A DNA stretch of 64,000 nucleotides. Source: a virus. The notes under the pieces were generated by a model that ran no database searches, had not been told where the DNA came from, and worked only from the letters and a program-made list of their open reading frames with translations. The DNA lies in IMG/VR virus record IMGVR_UViG_3300042401_001747. One strand, 5' to 3'. Within the stretch, counting starts at the first letter, position 1; every line of letters begins with the position of its first letter. Below are positions 28,701 to 37,641 of the stretch, piece after piece. The position numbers and the translations under genes were made by a program.

Positions 28701-31700
28701 CACCCATTAGTTCGCCCGCACGGCGCGTAAGTTCCCTAACAAACTTGCTATGTTTTTTCCACGCTTCAAGATACGGTTCCGGCAATGTGTCTTGAGTTAA
28801 TGCTGGCAAACTAATACTGTCGCCCCTGATGACAAATCCTTTTGGAGCCAACATTTCCAACAGGGGGAATCTTTCCCTCGCCTCGTCGTTTTCAAATTCT
28901 AAAGTAGAAGCGTCGTTTTTGTATATTTTTCTTGCAATAATGTTTCCGTCGGAATCTTTCCATACGGAACCATTGAAAACAACGACGTCATTCATTGCTT
29001 CGTCAAGTATTGAAACAATGTCGTCTCGTTTTGGTAATTCGACCGTGCGCCAGTCGCGCTTGTCTGGTATCTGTTCTGCTAGTTGAGGTATTGGGTCGGC
29101 GGATACAAAAGGAATTCCGTCTGAAGCAATATCAATCGATATTGATTCAAGTAGCTGTTTTCCGGTTTCGGAAAACGCATCGTCTACTTCAACGTCAAGT
29201 AGTGTTTTCCCAGCAATTTCTCTGGTCAAGCCGGGAATAGCATCTTCAATAGAATATTTCTGTTGTTTTGTTAGTTCTTTTCCTGTCGTTTCTTCTATTT
29301 TTTTAATTATTCTCTCGGCAACTTTTTTACCTGTTAAAGACTCTCTAGTTAGGCCTATGTCGGCGGCTTCTTGCTGAGTTACTTCTGTGGGTTCATTAAA
29401 TGCTTCAACTACATTTGCGCCAGAAGCAAGACGGTCGTAGACTCGAATATTTAAACCGGTACGATTTGCTCTTATCTCTTCTTGGGTTTCAAGTGGTGTT
29501 CTCCAATCAAAATCCTCGGGATAGTCGTTTTCGCTGTTTACGACAAGTTGCCTATCGCGAGCCCAAGAATCAAGTTTACCAACGAAGTCGGCAGCATCAT
29601 CGTCATCGTTTTCTCCCTTCAATGGAATCGTAAATGACACCGACCCTTCATTGTCTTGAGTCATCTTGGTTACAGATATTCCGCTATCTTTTATGAACGC
29701 ATTAAGCTTTCTGGTTGTTGGCGGTCCGGCAAATTTTGAATCATCCTTTTTTGGGAGACTATCACTAACGAGAAGCACGTGTTCCGAATTGTAACTACGT
29801 TGACGTCCTACTGCTCCCGTATACATGTTGACTGTTCTGACCCAGGGCCCATTTTCATCGGAACCGTCGAACTCATCTGTAAGGTAATCACCAATACGAA
29901 TTTTTTCCCGATTATTTTTATTTTTTTTGAATATTGCAATAAGTTCTTCAGATGATGGAAGTCTCCATCTTGGCTCCCCTGGTCTTGCCTTGTCATTTAA
30001 TTCAGATATTAAATAAAATGCTTCATCTTGCGAAATATTTTCTGGGGAATATTCTCGTGAGCTTAGTAAATCTTCTGACCGTACTTGTATTTTTTTAGGT
30101 GTTCTACCTTTTTTTACTGGCCCGATAGTGACCACTTGATTGCGACCAGAAGAAAGCCTTGCACTTCCCTCTTCTTTTTGGGCTGCAACAAAAGACTCTT
30201 TGTCTGATTCAAACTTTTCTACATCTGCGTTAAATTTATCGTTGTCGGCTTTTAGCTTTGCGTCTCTTTTTTCTTTATCCAAGACGTCAGTAGACCATCC
30301 GTTTTCAATCGCTCTATCGATTATCTTCTGCATAACCTGACTGGTTGCAAAAGCGTCAGCATCGGCGTTGTGGTGACCCTCACCTAATTCAACATCCAAA
30401 TATTCGGTTATTGCAGCAAGACTGCTGGATGGTTTCTTATTTCCATCTCTATCGATTATGTATGGGCCTTCCGGGCTTTCTTCACTCCATACAGGCAAAG
30501 TCATTGCGCTTATATCTCTCGTGTCAAGATAGCCAGAAGGACGCCAATCTATTCCTTCTCTTTCTAACGCGTCTTCAAGCACCCTTTTGTCAAACGTTGC
30601 ATTCTGTACACCAATGATTGCGTCTGGTCCAATAAACTCAGCAACTTGTCTATGAGCTTCCGCCATTGGCATTTGCGTAGCAAGCCATTCGTTGGTTATT
30701 GGGCTACCGTCTGCATCTTTAAGGTTTGCTAAAGACCATTCACCAAGAGGCTGTTCGGGATTCATGAAAAGATTTAAGCGGCCTATCTCTTTGCCGTTCC
30801 TCATTCTCACAAGACCAATTTGTGTCGGGTTGCCGTTTGTGGTTGCTTTACCGAATTCGTCGAAATCTAATCCAGTTGTTTCGTAGTCAAGAAATACCAT
30901 TTCGGTTTCGGCATAGCGTTCCCTGAACTCTTCCCAAGAATTAACGCCATCAAATCTTTCTTGCGCTCCTTCAAGGAAAGCACCAAGCGTTGGTTCGCGT
31001 GGGTATCTTGGTGCCCTGCCGCTAGCCAGTCTTGCCGATGAACCAGATAGTGAATCGTCGTCTTTTAATTTTCTAGACGTAGAAACCCAAGTGTTTTCTT
31101 TTCTGTTGGCTATTCTAAGTAATGCGTTTTTGCTTGCTTCTTGAAAGAATGACGTACTGGATGGAACGTCTGCATACCGTCTTTCGGCGGAGATGTGTGT
31201 ACGATTTACCTGTTCTAGATTTGCTAGCGTCAAGTCGGACGCAACATTTGGAGAAACGCCAAGCATTTGTGCCCTGATTCTTCCAGCATTATCTGCTCCC
31301 GGCGTTCCAGAATTGCGCTCTCCTCCGACCAGCACATCTATGCCGTCGGCCCTCAATATATCTTCTACTTTTTTGCGCCCGTCTTCGCCCTTTTTTATTT
31401 CTACCAATTTGTAACTGCCTGGAGGAAAACGCAGCCCATCTCCTGGTGGCGGCGATGCCGCAGTATCAACTATATTAAAGTTTTCTAAACTGTCTGGGTT
31501 TTCCTTAATGAAGGAATCCAGCGGTGCAATAACTACGTAAGACTCGCCTTCTGTTTCCTTTCTAAACAAGTGTCCTTCAGCTAGATGGTTTACAGCAAAA
31601 TGAAGTGTTGTTCTATTAACCGTAACTTCTGTGCCGTCTTTGGCGGTTTGTGGAAAGTCTTCCAATGGACGAAGAACTAAATAACCTTTTTCATCTATTG

Positions 31701-33573
31701 TCGGTTTATAGGAAGTTTGATGAATCATTCGTGCATCAAGAGAAAGAGCTTTTTCTGGATTGTCTACTGCGGGGAGCTTGCTGTCTAGTTTTTCCAGAAG
31801 CGAGTCGCTGTATTTTGCAAATTCATCAAATTCTTTTTGTGCGTCTTTATCGCCTTTTGATGCCGCATAAAGAAGGGCGCTTACATAGCTTGAAGCGTTG
31901 AAGTCGCTACTTTCCGCAAGTACAGAAACATCTGCACCATGAACCGCTGAATACCATTTTTGTGCTGCTTTTCTTCCTTCTGCGGAAGAGGGGTCGAGTT
32001 TAAGTATTTCAAAAGGGTTGAGCGGCAGTTTTTTTATTCCATCACCAAACTCGGCCTGTTCATGGGCTCCAAAAACTATCGATTCGTTGCCAATTTTAAA
32101 AACTTGACCTGTCCATATGTATTCTTTTGGAGTAAAGCCTTCCTCCACTACCGGTGAGGAAGAGACGTTTGACGTTTTTAATAAAAGGTCAGACTCAAAA
32201 GTGTAGTCACCATCACGAAGAACGTCTTCACCGTCACTATATTTTGCAAAGAAGCCATATTTTCTGAATCCTTTTGCTCCGTAATCCGCTGTTCCGTTGT
32301 TTACATAATTAAACCATCTTCTAGTTTCTGCACTGGAAGTAATGTTTGTATCTGGGTTTTTGATAAGAACATGGTCAAGAAGGGCTTCTAGGACTCCTGC
32401 TTTTTGCGATTCCTTGCTTGCATTGTAAGAAAGAAGCTTAGTTGCTTCTCCTGTCGGGGGTTCGGAAAATGTAAGGCTTGCGATTTGTCCGCTTTCGTCC
32501 TCGATAAATACAGAAAAACCATCTTCTGATTGAGAAGTTTTTATGTCATATCCATCGCCGTTAAAACGAATAGAAGAATACTCTTTGCCGTCCCGAGAAG
32601 TTTCTAGAAGTTCTGACGGGTTGCGCTTGTCGTTATAGTCCGCTGATTCGTCGTAGATATTTTGTGCGTTATAGCGCCTAGCTGCACCGCTAGAGAGTCT
32701 TCCCGACGAGGGAGTGGCTGCAGAAAATGCTTTTCCATCTTCGCTCAGTGCGTCGCTATGCTGAAGGTCTCTTTCTGGAAAAACCTCACGGTGGGTATTA
32801 AACATTTCAGCAGCAATGCCTCTTCGCCTATGGCCGCCGCGTGTATTTATTTGAAAAACTTCGTTTCTGTCTTCTACATACCATGTCTCTAATGCCGCAA
32901 TGATTTTCATTTTTTCGTCACCAAGCGCGCTACGTAGTGCATCCTGCATATCTACGTCATCTATAGATAGTGGTGATTTTTTCCCATTAAAAGGGTTTTC
33001 TCCTTGTTGATTAAAATTATCAAGAAGTTTTTTGCGCTTTTCATCTACCGCAGAAGATGAGTAAGCCCTTACTTCGCCATCTTTATCCAGAACTATCCAG
33101 TAGTCTTCTTCTTTACCCTTTGGCTGAGTTGACCTAACTTTTTTTGCAGCTTTTAAGTTTCCATAGTCATAAACTTCAATCTCCGAGAGTTGAGTCATGC
33201 CGCTAGATAGTCTTTTTGGCGAGGGTGTCTTGTCAGAAGACGAAGACGCTATTGAATCCGGAGTCCCTGGCTTTTTCCCTTGACCGTCAATTCCGACCCA
33301 TACTGGCTTTGTTGTTCCCTCATCTGCCCAGCCATCACCGTCAACGTCCATTCTGGAGCCGGTAGGTTTTCTTTTTCCCGGCTTACCGCCCGTGGGGAGC
33401 TCGATATTTCCGAGTCTTCTTCTTTTACGTCCTTCGCCAATTGTCGGTCTATTTACTCCGCGAGAAGCTAAATACTGACCAAGTCGCCCTACGGCCGCTT
33501 TTTCCTCTTGGTTGGCCGCCAGACCGCGTCTGGACTCCTCGAAAGGGATGGGGAATTCATTATCGGAAGACAT
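22744..33573 (-). CDS. 3609-aa polyvalent protein / putative polyprotein (GNAT, DEDDh exonuclease, DUF1566-like, zincins, ART, pentapeptide repeats, Cys-His-Asp domain)
   Basis: RRRGIA (GNAT); FLDYETTG...HNADAD; WRLPSSEEL; HDLFGH; HEFGH...EAMAEAF; YRGF/SSWATS/EDE; A(N/D)LxG repeats; GDCF...HAWTE; ten (R/K)L(S/A)SG motifs. Confidence 0.88.
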   Translation of the reverse strand: MSSDNEFPIPFEESRRGLAANQEEKAAVGRLGQYLASRGVNRPTIGEGRKRRRLGNIELPTGGKPGKRKPTGSRMDVDGDGWADEGTTKPVWVGIDGQGKKPGTPDSIASSSSDKTPSPKRLSSGMTQLSEIEVYDYGNLKAAKKVRSTQPKGKEEDYWIVLDKDGEVRAYSSSAVDEKRKKLLDNFNQQGENPFNGKKSPLSIDDVDMQDALRSALGDEKMKIIAALETWYVEDRNEVFQINTRGGHRRRGIAAEMFNTHREVFPERDLQHSDALSEDGKAFSAATPSSGRLSSGAARRYNAQNIYDESADYNDKRNPSELLETSRDGKEYSSIRFNGDGYDIKTSQSEDGFSVFIEDESGQIASLTFSEPPTGEATKLLSYNASKESQKAGVLEALLDHVLIKNPDTNITSSAETRRWFNYVNNGTADYGAKGFRKYGFFAKYSDGEDVLRDGDYTFESDLLLKTSNVSSSPVVEEGFTPKEYIWTGQVFKIGNESIVFGAHEQAEFGDGIKKLPLNPFEILKLDPSSAEGRKAAQKWYSAVHGADVSVLAESSDFNASSYVSALLYAASKGDKDAQKEFDEFAKYSDSLLEKLDSKLPAVDNPEKALSLDARMIHQTSYKPTIDEKGYLVLRPLEDFPQTAKDGTEVTVNRTTLHFAVNHLAEGHLFRKETEGESYVVIAPLDSFIKENPDSLENFNIVDTAASPPPGDGLRFPPGSYKLVEIKKGEDGRKKVEDILRADGIDVLVGGERNSGTPGADNAGRIRAQMLGVSPNVASDLTLANLEQVNRTHISAERRYADVPSSTSFFQEASKNALLRIANRKENTWVSTSRKLKDDDSLSGSSARLASGRAPRYPREPTLGAFLEGAQERFDGVNSWEEFRERYAETEMVFLDYETTGLDFDEFGKATTNGNPTQIGLVRMRNGKEIGRLNLFMNPEQPLGEWSLANLKDADGSPITNEWLATQMPMAEAHRQVAEFIGPDAIIGVQNATFDKRVLEDALEREGIDWRPSGYLDTRDISAMTLPVWSEESPEGPYIIDRDGNKKPSSSLAAITEYLDVELGEGHHNADADAFATSQVMQKIIDRAIENGWSTDVLDKEKRDAKLKADNDKFNADVEKFESDKESFVAAQKEEGSARLSSGRNQVVTIGPVKKGRTPKKIQVRSEDLLSSREYSPENISQDEAFYLISELNDKARPGEPRWRLPSSEELIAIFKKNKNNREKIRIGDYLTDEFDGSDENGPWVRTVNMYTGAVGRQRSYNSEHVLLVSDSLPKKDDSKFAGPPTTRKLNAFIKDSGISVTKMTQDNEGSVSFTIPLKGENDDDDAADFVGKLDSWARDRQLVVNSENDYPEDFDWRTPLETQEEIRANRTGLNIRVYDRLASGANVVEAFNEPTEVTQQEAADIGLTRESLTGKKVAERIIKKIEETTGKELTKQQKYSIEDAIPGLTREIAGKTLLDVEVDDAFSETGKQLLESISIDIASDGIPFVSADPIPQLAEQIPDKRDWRTVELPKRDDIVSILDEAMNDVVVFNGSVWKDSDGNIIARKIYKNDASTLEFENDEARERFPLLEMLAPKGFVIRGDSISLPALTQDTLPEPYLEAWKKHSKFVRELTRRAGELMGDEEFFLPGSRISHSTDTYLRGYIGGITDPHKFNMGLYGKALQDTHDLFGHLGTGRAFDRHGEWANDLAMMSLADHPDSPLTPQEKIVVKHLHYMMYSAERMLRVGRLDEYDLNMNETMGYRNRPRTVFNIEGVSDSETRIYAGDFNSVLKKLDAASTSGRLSSGSKPIYEANEEDIELALAHDILGKNDRLSSGRQREMIPMNVPSKREQEGPNASGYGTQGSSGKIVRRDSSTWLADLNSDEISKVIIPTNAEEYFEMWADDIAGPTWRTDKNRETFIRNYYAELQKDSTNIPVDYSPESIAATQKLVKDLLDSSPSVMWVMQNFGAPLIVPFTREGMDAYENSPDMKERLALLAKQRGTEKIPFISGLANRSLGSIGISPRALIDRESLLNDDKDVYPISFDPDRVPAPRDAHIDRSLEGTLVHEFGHWIHHRALWDTETNGASGKMRSYYGTGKLSDPRYVASLDVAEEYGDYETDDKRIEIYSQFIDLTGRSPEEMFRAHPDEPLLSTSYGNINKREAMAEAFVAIMHPNKEMPEKTLSKKLRKDIYTLIGVDEKDLPWSDSEAGSENRLSSGAKKGKRKTIFSRFRKEETEEETVEEKSKPPVVERPEGLVSFAPEPSEELLKASPVPDEQTLRDEVLKDVQALALEFDSFQELSGTPSNAKASAIAKITIAANLSRSVDFDVQEFINVFATDKAGHGFHTTETFAAVQRLYKTLENLPVDATSTERRAAARAAFDTKSGRVIAAKIHDDILGRARYYDEILDKLETEEFGELFGSSSFAELMATDGGMRSLFTPYLMTKLGTDDIRREFLDELIPRRGLLNNLIAEIKENEGKAFGLAKIGEPNPKTGEQGYELISLLGRGVSSKVIDAMASLDVNDEDYLEKLSDIMPEFKNQLTLEKLKEIIKSGLVKVDSSSIDSPEVQKALKEHLLRNVRSRAGNYESKLESYTKETGVVFFDVETTEGKRIVREALVSDLIHTWAISANNANPVALAIQHEIRKMFGLDEAVGWSTSPLRARRLDEKEGMPAHEFDGAPELIDAQVAMIRPILQKIYDSTQLYYKTKGITHIPAYRGFTQSDTRLLAGEIESMDTTMRPLSSWATSMDVARSFSSTYSTAGTGTPTLIKTFVPVEDVFSNALTGFGCLNEDEVVLFGKPMRVLAVRTDAIQPESVGSMEKPSLLEKLKNVNIANIDKAFESITQRRETIFENSDTIEELFNSGSDIRGMDLSNTLLEGKKLAGANLSGANMQFSVMREIDLSNSDLTGAVMEDAILFKANLSGANMSETELARADLYMADLSGANLTEASMIKANINDTNLTEANLTRANMSQSVMTNADLTRANLEYANLEMANMFQAILEGANLKLARLIGAQMSDTNLKNADFTGANLTGANLLGADLRGADLSKAILTNITLFRGANLEGANLSGANLEGVDLTDVNLTGANLEGANLSGARISNANLTGANLTGAIMPDGNVMTNDQPVESVQKLSSGKKSHTPEWKTVEEIVDFEVLGASPDDSEEDRDDIVKESVGGDWMQWDPCREIRTAAYELAGIDEYSERDPNISQSGGFFGNSKFQTTVSPEKRTEQARYLMASVVDSLINGRKYDRQPYLYRAMMFSSPEEGKQFFDAMQVGSQVDIPLLAFVEIGPSPRGDHFLTRFGSDALLVLEDFPGSYQTGGTFEPVFSNRHESDTLYNINEFAEAILADVENGEVDEDNADYDKEFADKLIKLVEDYREAKTPLEKSNIKIDIEEALDEVGNETIQREWQGEPLPEDHEEYYDAMDDEDAGMTPREFVSGGRLEVVSVKPDESKAYRQIITLRQVGAFDPQEKGALVIKTDGENNTRLSSGKKPVKKAKPKSVQLHDDEFEKKFNQKVPDGEGDCFSEAIQQARKLADAYDKVKIVHGYPLGTGGEAEGLRFPHAWTEFERDGLVWVRDYSNGNRVEFPQILYYGIGNIEEADVLRYDIEEAEANMLESQHYGPW
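24280..25030 (-). repeat. pentapeptide-repeat coding region (A-N/D-L-x-x)
   Basis: About 250 aa of ANLSG/ANLTG/ADLRG repeats inside the giant ORF. Confidence 0.93.
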
Positions 33574-33608
33574 TTAATTAAATAATACCATTAGAAGATA
33601 TGCGCAAA

Positions 33609-33935
33609 CTAAAGCCGATTACCGCATTTAGTGCATATCTTGGCCCAAGGATAGAAACGCATCATTTCCATTGGGTGGTCACATTCGAGCAATCTCTTGG
33701 CTTCGGAATTAAGAATGTTTCTAATCCACGCAGAAAGGGTCACCTGCTCTATGTTGGCAGCTTCTTTCCATCTGCCTCTTTCGTAGTCGTTGGTACGAAT
33801 AAGGACCTGTTTGTCTGCTGGACCGTCTGAAGCGTCAATTAAAGGTGAGACAGTGGGTGTCAAGGTTTCTGCAACCTTGTCCATAGCTACGCGAATATTG
33901 TCAAGTTCGTCATTTTCATTGTTCGATATCGTCAT
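33609..33935 (-). CDS. RHH-like protein with C-terminal zinc ribbon
   Basis: KQVLIRT...WKEAA...LSAWIRNILN; CDH...CTKC. Confidence 0.65.
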   Translation of the reverse strand: MTISNNENDELDNIRVAMDKVAETLTPTVSPLIDASDGPADKQVLIRTNDYERGRWKEAANIEQVTLSAWIRNILNSEAKRLLECDHPMEMMRFYPWAKICTKCGNRL

Positions 33936-34584
33936 CGCTTGGGTCCCTGTAGTTTGGCTCATCCGTTGAGTCAGATACTACTTCAGCGTCGATAATCAAA
34001 CCTTCATCTTCTTGGTTTTTTCTAAGAATTGCATAAACAGTCTCCTCTGGTAACACCCCAGAAATCGCCATTAATTCCAGCAACTTTCTTGCTTCTGATT
34101 CGGCATCGAAACCAACTGCAGGCATTGTTACGCCAGGCTGGCCCGCAATAGTCGCGCGAACTGTTTGATTTAGGGTTCCGTCAACGTTTACGTTTACGTT
34201 CGTCTGCTCCATGCCAAGCAATTTCGTTCTTCGGTCCATTATGGAGAGAACTTGCTGTATTGCCTTGAGGTCCGGCTCTATCTGCATTTCTGTTCCATCG
34301 TCACCGACTATGCGTCTGTGTTGCGTCATGGGCCATATTGCTTGCTGCAGGTTGTCTAAACGCTCCAGCTCCATTCTCAAGACTTCAGGGTAAGCGAGGA
34401 TGGCTTCCTTGTTCATCTTTTCAAGCTGACGTTGGATAGACCTGGACACTGAGGCTGAAGAAACACCAAATCTTCTGGCTATTTCATTTACGGAAGTTCC
34501 TGCTTGACGCATCTTGAAAATGCGCATGTCTCTTTCGTTTAGAAACTCTTTAGTAGTAATTGGTTTTGATTTTTCGTCACTCAT
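33916..34584 (-). CDS. HTH DNA-binding protein, possibly terminase small subunit
   Basis: GTSVNEIARRFGVSSASV; ELERLD...IMDRRTKLLG. Confidence 0.65.
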   Translation of the reverse strand: MSDEKSKPITTKEFLNERDMRIFKMRQAGTSVNEIARRFGVSSASVSRSIQRQLEKMNKEAILAYPEVLRMELERLDNLQQAIWPMTQHRRIVGDDGTEMQIEPDLKAIQQVLSIMDRRTKLLGMEQTNVNVNVDGTLNQTVRATIAGQPGVTMPAVGFDAESEARKLLELMAISGVLPEETVYAILRKNQEDEGLIIDAEVVSDSTDEPNYRDPSDDDIEQ

Positions 34585-36422
34585 TTAACAGCCTTAGACC
34601 ACTCGACGACCTCAAATGGAAATCTGACGCCTCTCTTAATTTTAGTAGGCCATTGGCGCTCGTCACGAGCACCTCTGAAATGGCGTACATCATAAACATA
34701 GCCTCCCAATGCCGTTGGGTCTGGCTGAAGAGAAATACCGAACTCTGGCCACCTAGACCAGACAGCCGAACCGAACGGACGCAGGTCCCTGCTTGTCATA
34801 CTTGTACCAAGAGGGGCGTGATGCTCAATCCATAGGGCGCATTTATAGATGGTTCTAATCGTGTCCAAGTATTTTGCAACTTCTAATGCGATTGACTCAG
34901 AAGTTCTGCCACCTGGGTCTAAGAACGCCTTATAAAGAGGACCTATGACCAAAAGCTCAGGCTTGACCGTATCAAGCGCTTCTTCAAGAATCGCCCTATC
35001 GCTAGCCTTCAGCAAATCCATTCCAGATGGACGAGTTAGCAATTCGGCGTTCAGGCGAGACACGCGACCCTGCGACATGGCTTGAAGCGCTATAGAGCGA
35101 CCAGTTCTTCTAATGATTCTGTCTGGGTTTTCAAGGTCAACCGTAAGTGTTGTGATTGGTTTCATGGGTTGAAACGAAAACGGATGTATTCCAGCCGCTG
35201 AAAGAAGCGCAACCTGTCTAGCCAACATTGTTTTACCGACACCTTCGGCAGCAACAACAATAACTCTTTCTCCTCTTTCAATAAGGCCAGGTATAGCCCA
35301 ATCGTAAGAGTCTCCATCGGATTCATTAATAAAATCGTTCCAGTGAACAAGACGGCCCGTATCTAAAGTAAAAGAAACAGTTGCCGTTGCGAGAATGAGA
35401 CCGCTTTTTGCTATCTTCTGTTTATTATTTAGGTCGCTTCTGTCTAAGATTTCTTGAATCTTGGTTAGAGCCAAGTCTTCAGGAGAAAGTTCGTCTGTAA
35501 TCTTTGATTCAGAAACAACTACTTCATTAAATCCATCCGCAGACATTTGTTCCGGTTCTGGTTCTTCTGGAATGTACGGAACTAGTTCGTCAATAGCTTT
35601 TCCAGCCTCAAGGTGGTCCGTTATGTCCTTGTGCTCTGGGCATACCCAGACTTGAGCGTCACATCCCACCGCTTTAAGTTTTTCACAAACATCTAAAGCG
35701 TGTTTTAATCCAACCTCGTCTTTGTCGGCGATTATCTCCACAACTAAACCAGCAAGGGGTTCGGTATGAATATCAAGCCATTTCCCAGCACCACCAGGCA
35801 TGGTTGTAGCAATATAACCAGCGTCAGTCAACGTGTCTACGTCTTTTTCGCCCTCTACAACCCATACGGCAGCATCAAACTTCTTTGAGTTTATAACTGC
35901 GGGAAGATTGTAAAGAACCTTAGGTATATCGCCGAGGCTGTACTCCCAGCCACCTCTAGAGTCGGGCTTTCGTTGACTAAATGTTTTCTTGCCGTTCTCG
36001 TCTACGTATCTAAGCTTTTGGAATAACAGTTTTCCATTTTCGTCCGTGTAGTCGTAGGTTGCTACCAATGTTTGCTTTGTTGAAGGTGTAGGTTTTGCGA
36101 CCACTGGTTTTTTCTGTTGCTCTGAGCTTTTTGGTGGAGAAACTGGACGATAATCTTTGTTCTGTAGATAGTCCGAATCGTCTTTTCGTGGCATCAAATC
36201 TGCAACACTCAAACCAACGGCAGTACATATCTCTTCTACGTTGCAGGACATTCCTCGATGACAGGTAACGAGAACTCGACCATCCATTCCTTGTCCAACA
36301 GAGAGAGACGGATTAGCGTCATCATTTCTGCAGGGACAGCGCGCAATCCATCCAGAGCCAGCCTTACGAACACCATCTAATAAGGCTAGAAAATTTTCAG
36401 TTTCTAAAGAAGGATTTGTCAT
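34581..36422 (-). CDS. DNA primase-helicase (Zn finger, TOPRIM, RepA/AAA helicase)
   Basis: CPCRNDD..SLSV; VVEGEKD; ADKDEVG; AAEGVGKT; HH...GSAVW. Confidence 0.9.
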   Translation of the reverse strand: MTNPSLETENFLALLDGVRKAGSGWIARCPCRNDDANPSLSVGQGMDGRVLVTCHRGMSCNVEEICTAVGLSVADLMPRKDDSDYLQNKDYRPVSPPKSSEQQKKPVVAKPTPSTKQTLVATYDYTDENGKLLFQKLRYVDENGKKTFSQRKPDSRGGWEYSLGDIPKVLYNLPAVINSKKFDAAVWVVEGEKDVDTLTDAGYIATTMPGGAGKWLDIHTEPLAGLVVEIIADKDEVGLKHALDVCEKLKAVGCDAQVWVCPEHKDITDHLEAGKAIDELVPYIPEEPEPEQMSADGFNEVVVSESKITDELSPEDLALTKIQEILDRSDLNNKQKIAKSGLILATATVSFTLDTGRLVHWNDFINESDGDSYDWAIPGLIERGERVIVVAAEGVGKTMLARQVALLSAAGIHPFSFQPMKPITTLTVDLENPDRIIRRTGRSIALQAMSQGRVSRLNAELLTRPSGMDLLKASDRAILEEALDTVKPELLVIGPLYKAFLDPGGRTSESIALEVAKYLDTIRTIYKCALWIEHHAPLGTSMTSRDLRPFGSAVWSRWPEFGISLQPDPTALGGYVYDVRHFRGARDERQWPTKIKRGVRFPFEVVEWSKAVK

Positions 36423-36430
36423 CTAGATGG

Positions 36431-36754
36431 TCACCGAGGCAGGAGTAGGTTGACGGGGACTTTAGGAATCATAATGATATTTAGTTTTCTTCTCATTTGA
36501 TGCCTCTCACGTTCTGACGCTCCACCCCATATACCAAAAGATTCGTGATACAAGCCGTAAGACAAACACTCTAAACGAACAGAACAATCTTTGCAAATGC
36601 TCTTCGCAAGTGCAGCATCTTTTTTTGCTTTGCGATAATTGTCTGAGAATTTTCCTGGCTGAGATTTGTCCGCCATAGGAAACCACATGTTGAGGTCTTG
36701 TCCAGTGCAACTACCACCCTCGGGAATACTGTCTATACGTTCAATATTGTTCAC
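36431..36754 (-). CDS. whiB: WhiB-family transcription factor
   Basis: C...WFP...AKSICKDCSVRLECL...GIWGGASERER. Confidence 0.93.
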   Translation of the reverse strand: MNNIERIDSIPEGGSCTGQDLNMWFPMADKSQPGKFSDNYRKAKKDAALAKSICKDCSVRLECLSYGLYHESFGIWGGASERERHQMRRKLNIIMIPKVPVNLLLPR

Positions 36755-36784
36755 TAGTAAACCCTGTCTTGCCGTGGGGAGAAG

Positions 36785-37195
36785 TTATTCTCCTGCGATA
36801 CGGATTACATCGCGAGATGAAAGATACACGACTGCGCTGCGAATCACAAGTTGACCGTTGATATCTTCTGAAGCAACATCTACTGCTTCCATCGGAACAC
36901 CTATTCTGGAAGCAATCGCTGCTCTGGTTTTTTCTATTCGAGTTTCTTGTTCTGCTAAATCATCATCGTAAAAAACGTTTGATGGAGAAGGTGCAGTAAA
37001 AGACTTAAGCTCTACTTGCTTTTCTTTGGCGCGCAAGCACCACATGCACGCAATATCACTTGATGAAGCTTTGCGTTTTCTAACATCAATATGACCACAA
37101 GAAAGCTTGTGCTGATACGTTAGTTGTCCCCATGCTCCTATTTTTTCAATAGAAATAATGGCCCTACGTGGGGCTTTTCGTCGTTCTGTTGTCAT
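36785..37195 (-). CDS. hypothetical zinc-binding protein
   Basis: LSCGH...CMWC. Confidence 0.7.
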   Translation of the reverse strand: MTTERRKAPRRAIISIEKIGAWGQLTYQHKLSCGHIDVRKRKASSSDIACMWCLRAKEKQVELKSFTAPSPSNVFYDDDLAEQETRIEKTRAAIASRIGVPMEAVDVASEDINGQLVIRSAVVYLSSRDVIRIAGE

Positions 37196-37222
37196 TTGGG
37201 CGAAGCTTTCCTCTCGGAAAGA

Positions 37223-37549
37223 CTAACGCTTAAACAGTTTTGAAAAGATTCTCTTCAAGGTGCCAACGCGAGCAGGGGCTTCCTTCTTCACAAGGTCTTT
37301 AATCTCGTTTGTGGTGGATGAAATGAAATCTTTAAATTCAGATGTTCCATCAACGAAATTAATTTTAATCGTTTCCAATTCGTGCAATGCTTCATGAATT
37401 ACTGCTGCTTCAACGGCAGGCTTAACGCTCTTCTTCTTTGGAGCCGCAGTTTTCTTGGCGGGAGCCTTTTTGGCGGGAGCCTTTTTCTTGGCTGCAGCCT
37501 TCTTGACTGGTGCTTTTTTTGATGATGTTTTTTTCTTGCTATCGCTCAT
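37223..37549 (-). CDS. histone H1-like PAKK-repeat protein
   Basis: KKAPVKKAAAKKKAPAKKAPAKK. Confidence 0.75.
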   Translation of the reverse strand: MSDSKKKTSSKKAPVKKAAAKKKAPAKKAPAKKTAAPKKKSVKPAVEAAVIHEALHELETIKINFVDGTSEFKDFISSTTNEIKDLVKKEAPARVGTLKRIFSKLFKR

Positions 37550-37641
37550 GGCTAAAACAATAGCGTACGGGTATGTCGTACAGGGTAAAACAACTTTATT
37601 TGTTTACCCGTATTCTGAGGGTCATTGACTAAGATTTTTTC

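Noticed and set aside
22744-33573. RLSSG-bounded segments as inteins or as a DNA-level repeat
   Set aside because: No Hint blocks or His-Asn-Cys/Ser/Thr junctions were seen; the DNA encoding the motifs differs at synonymous sites and the flanks are unrelated.
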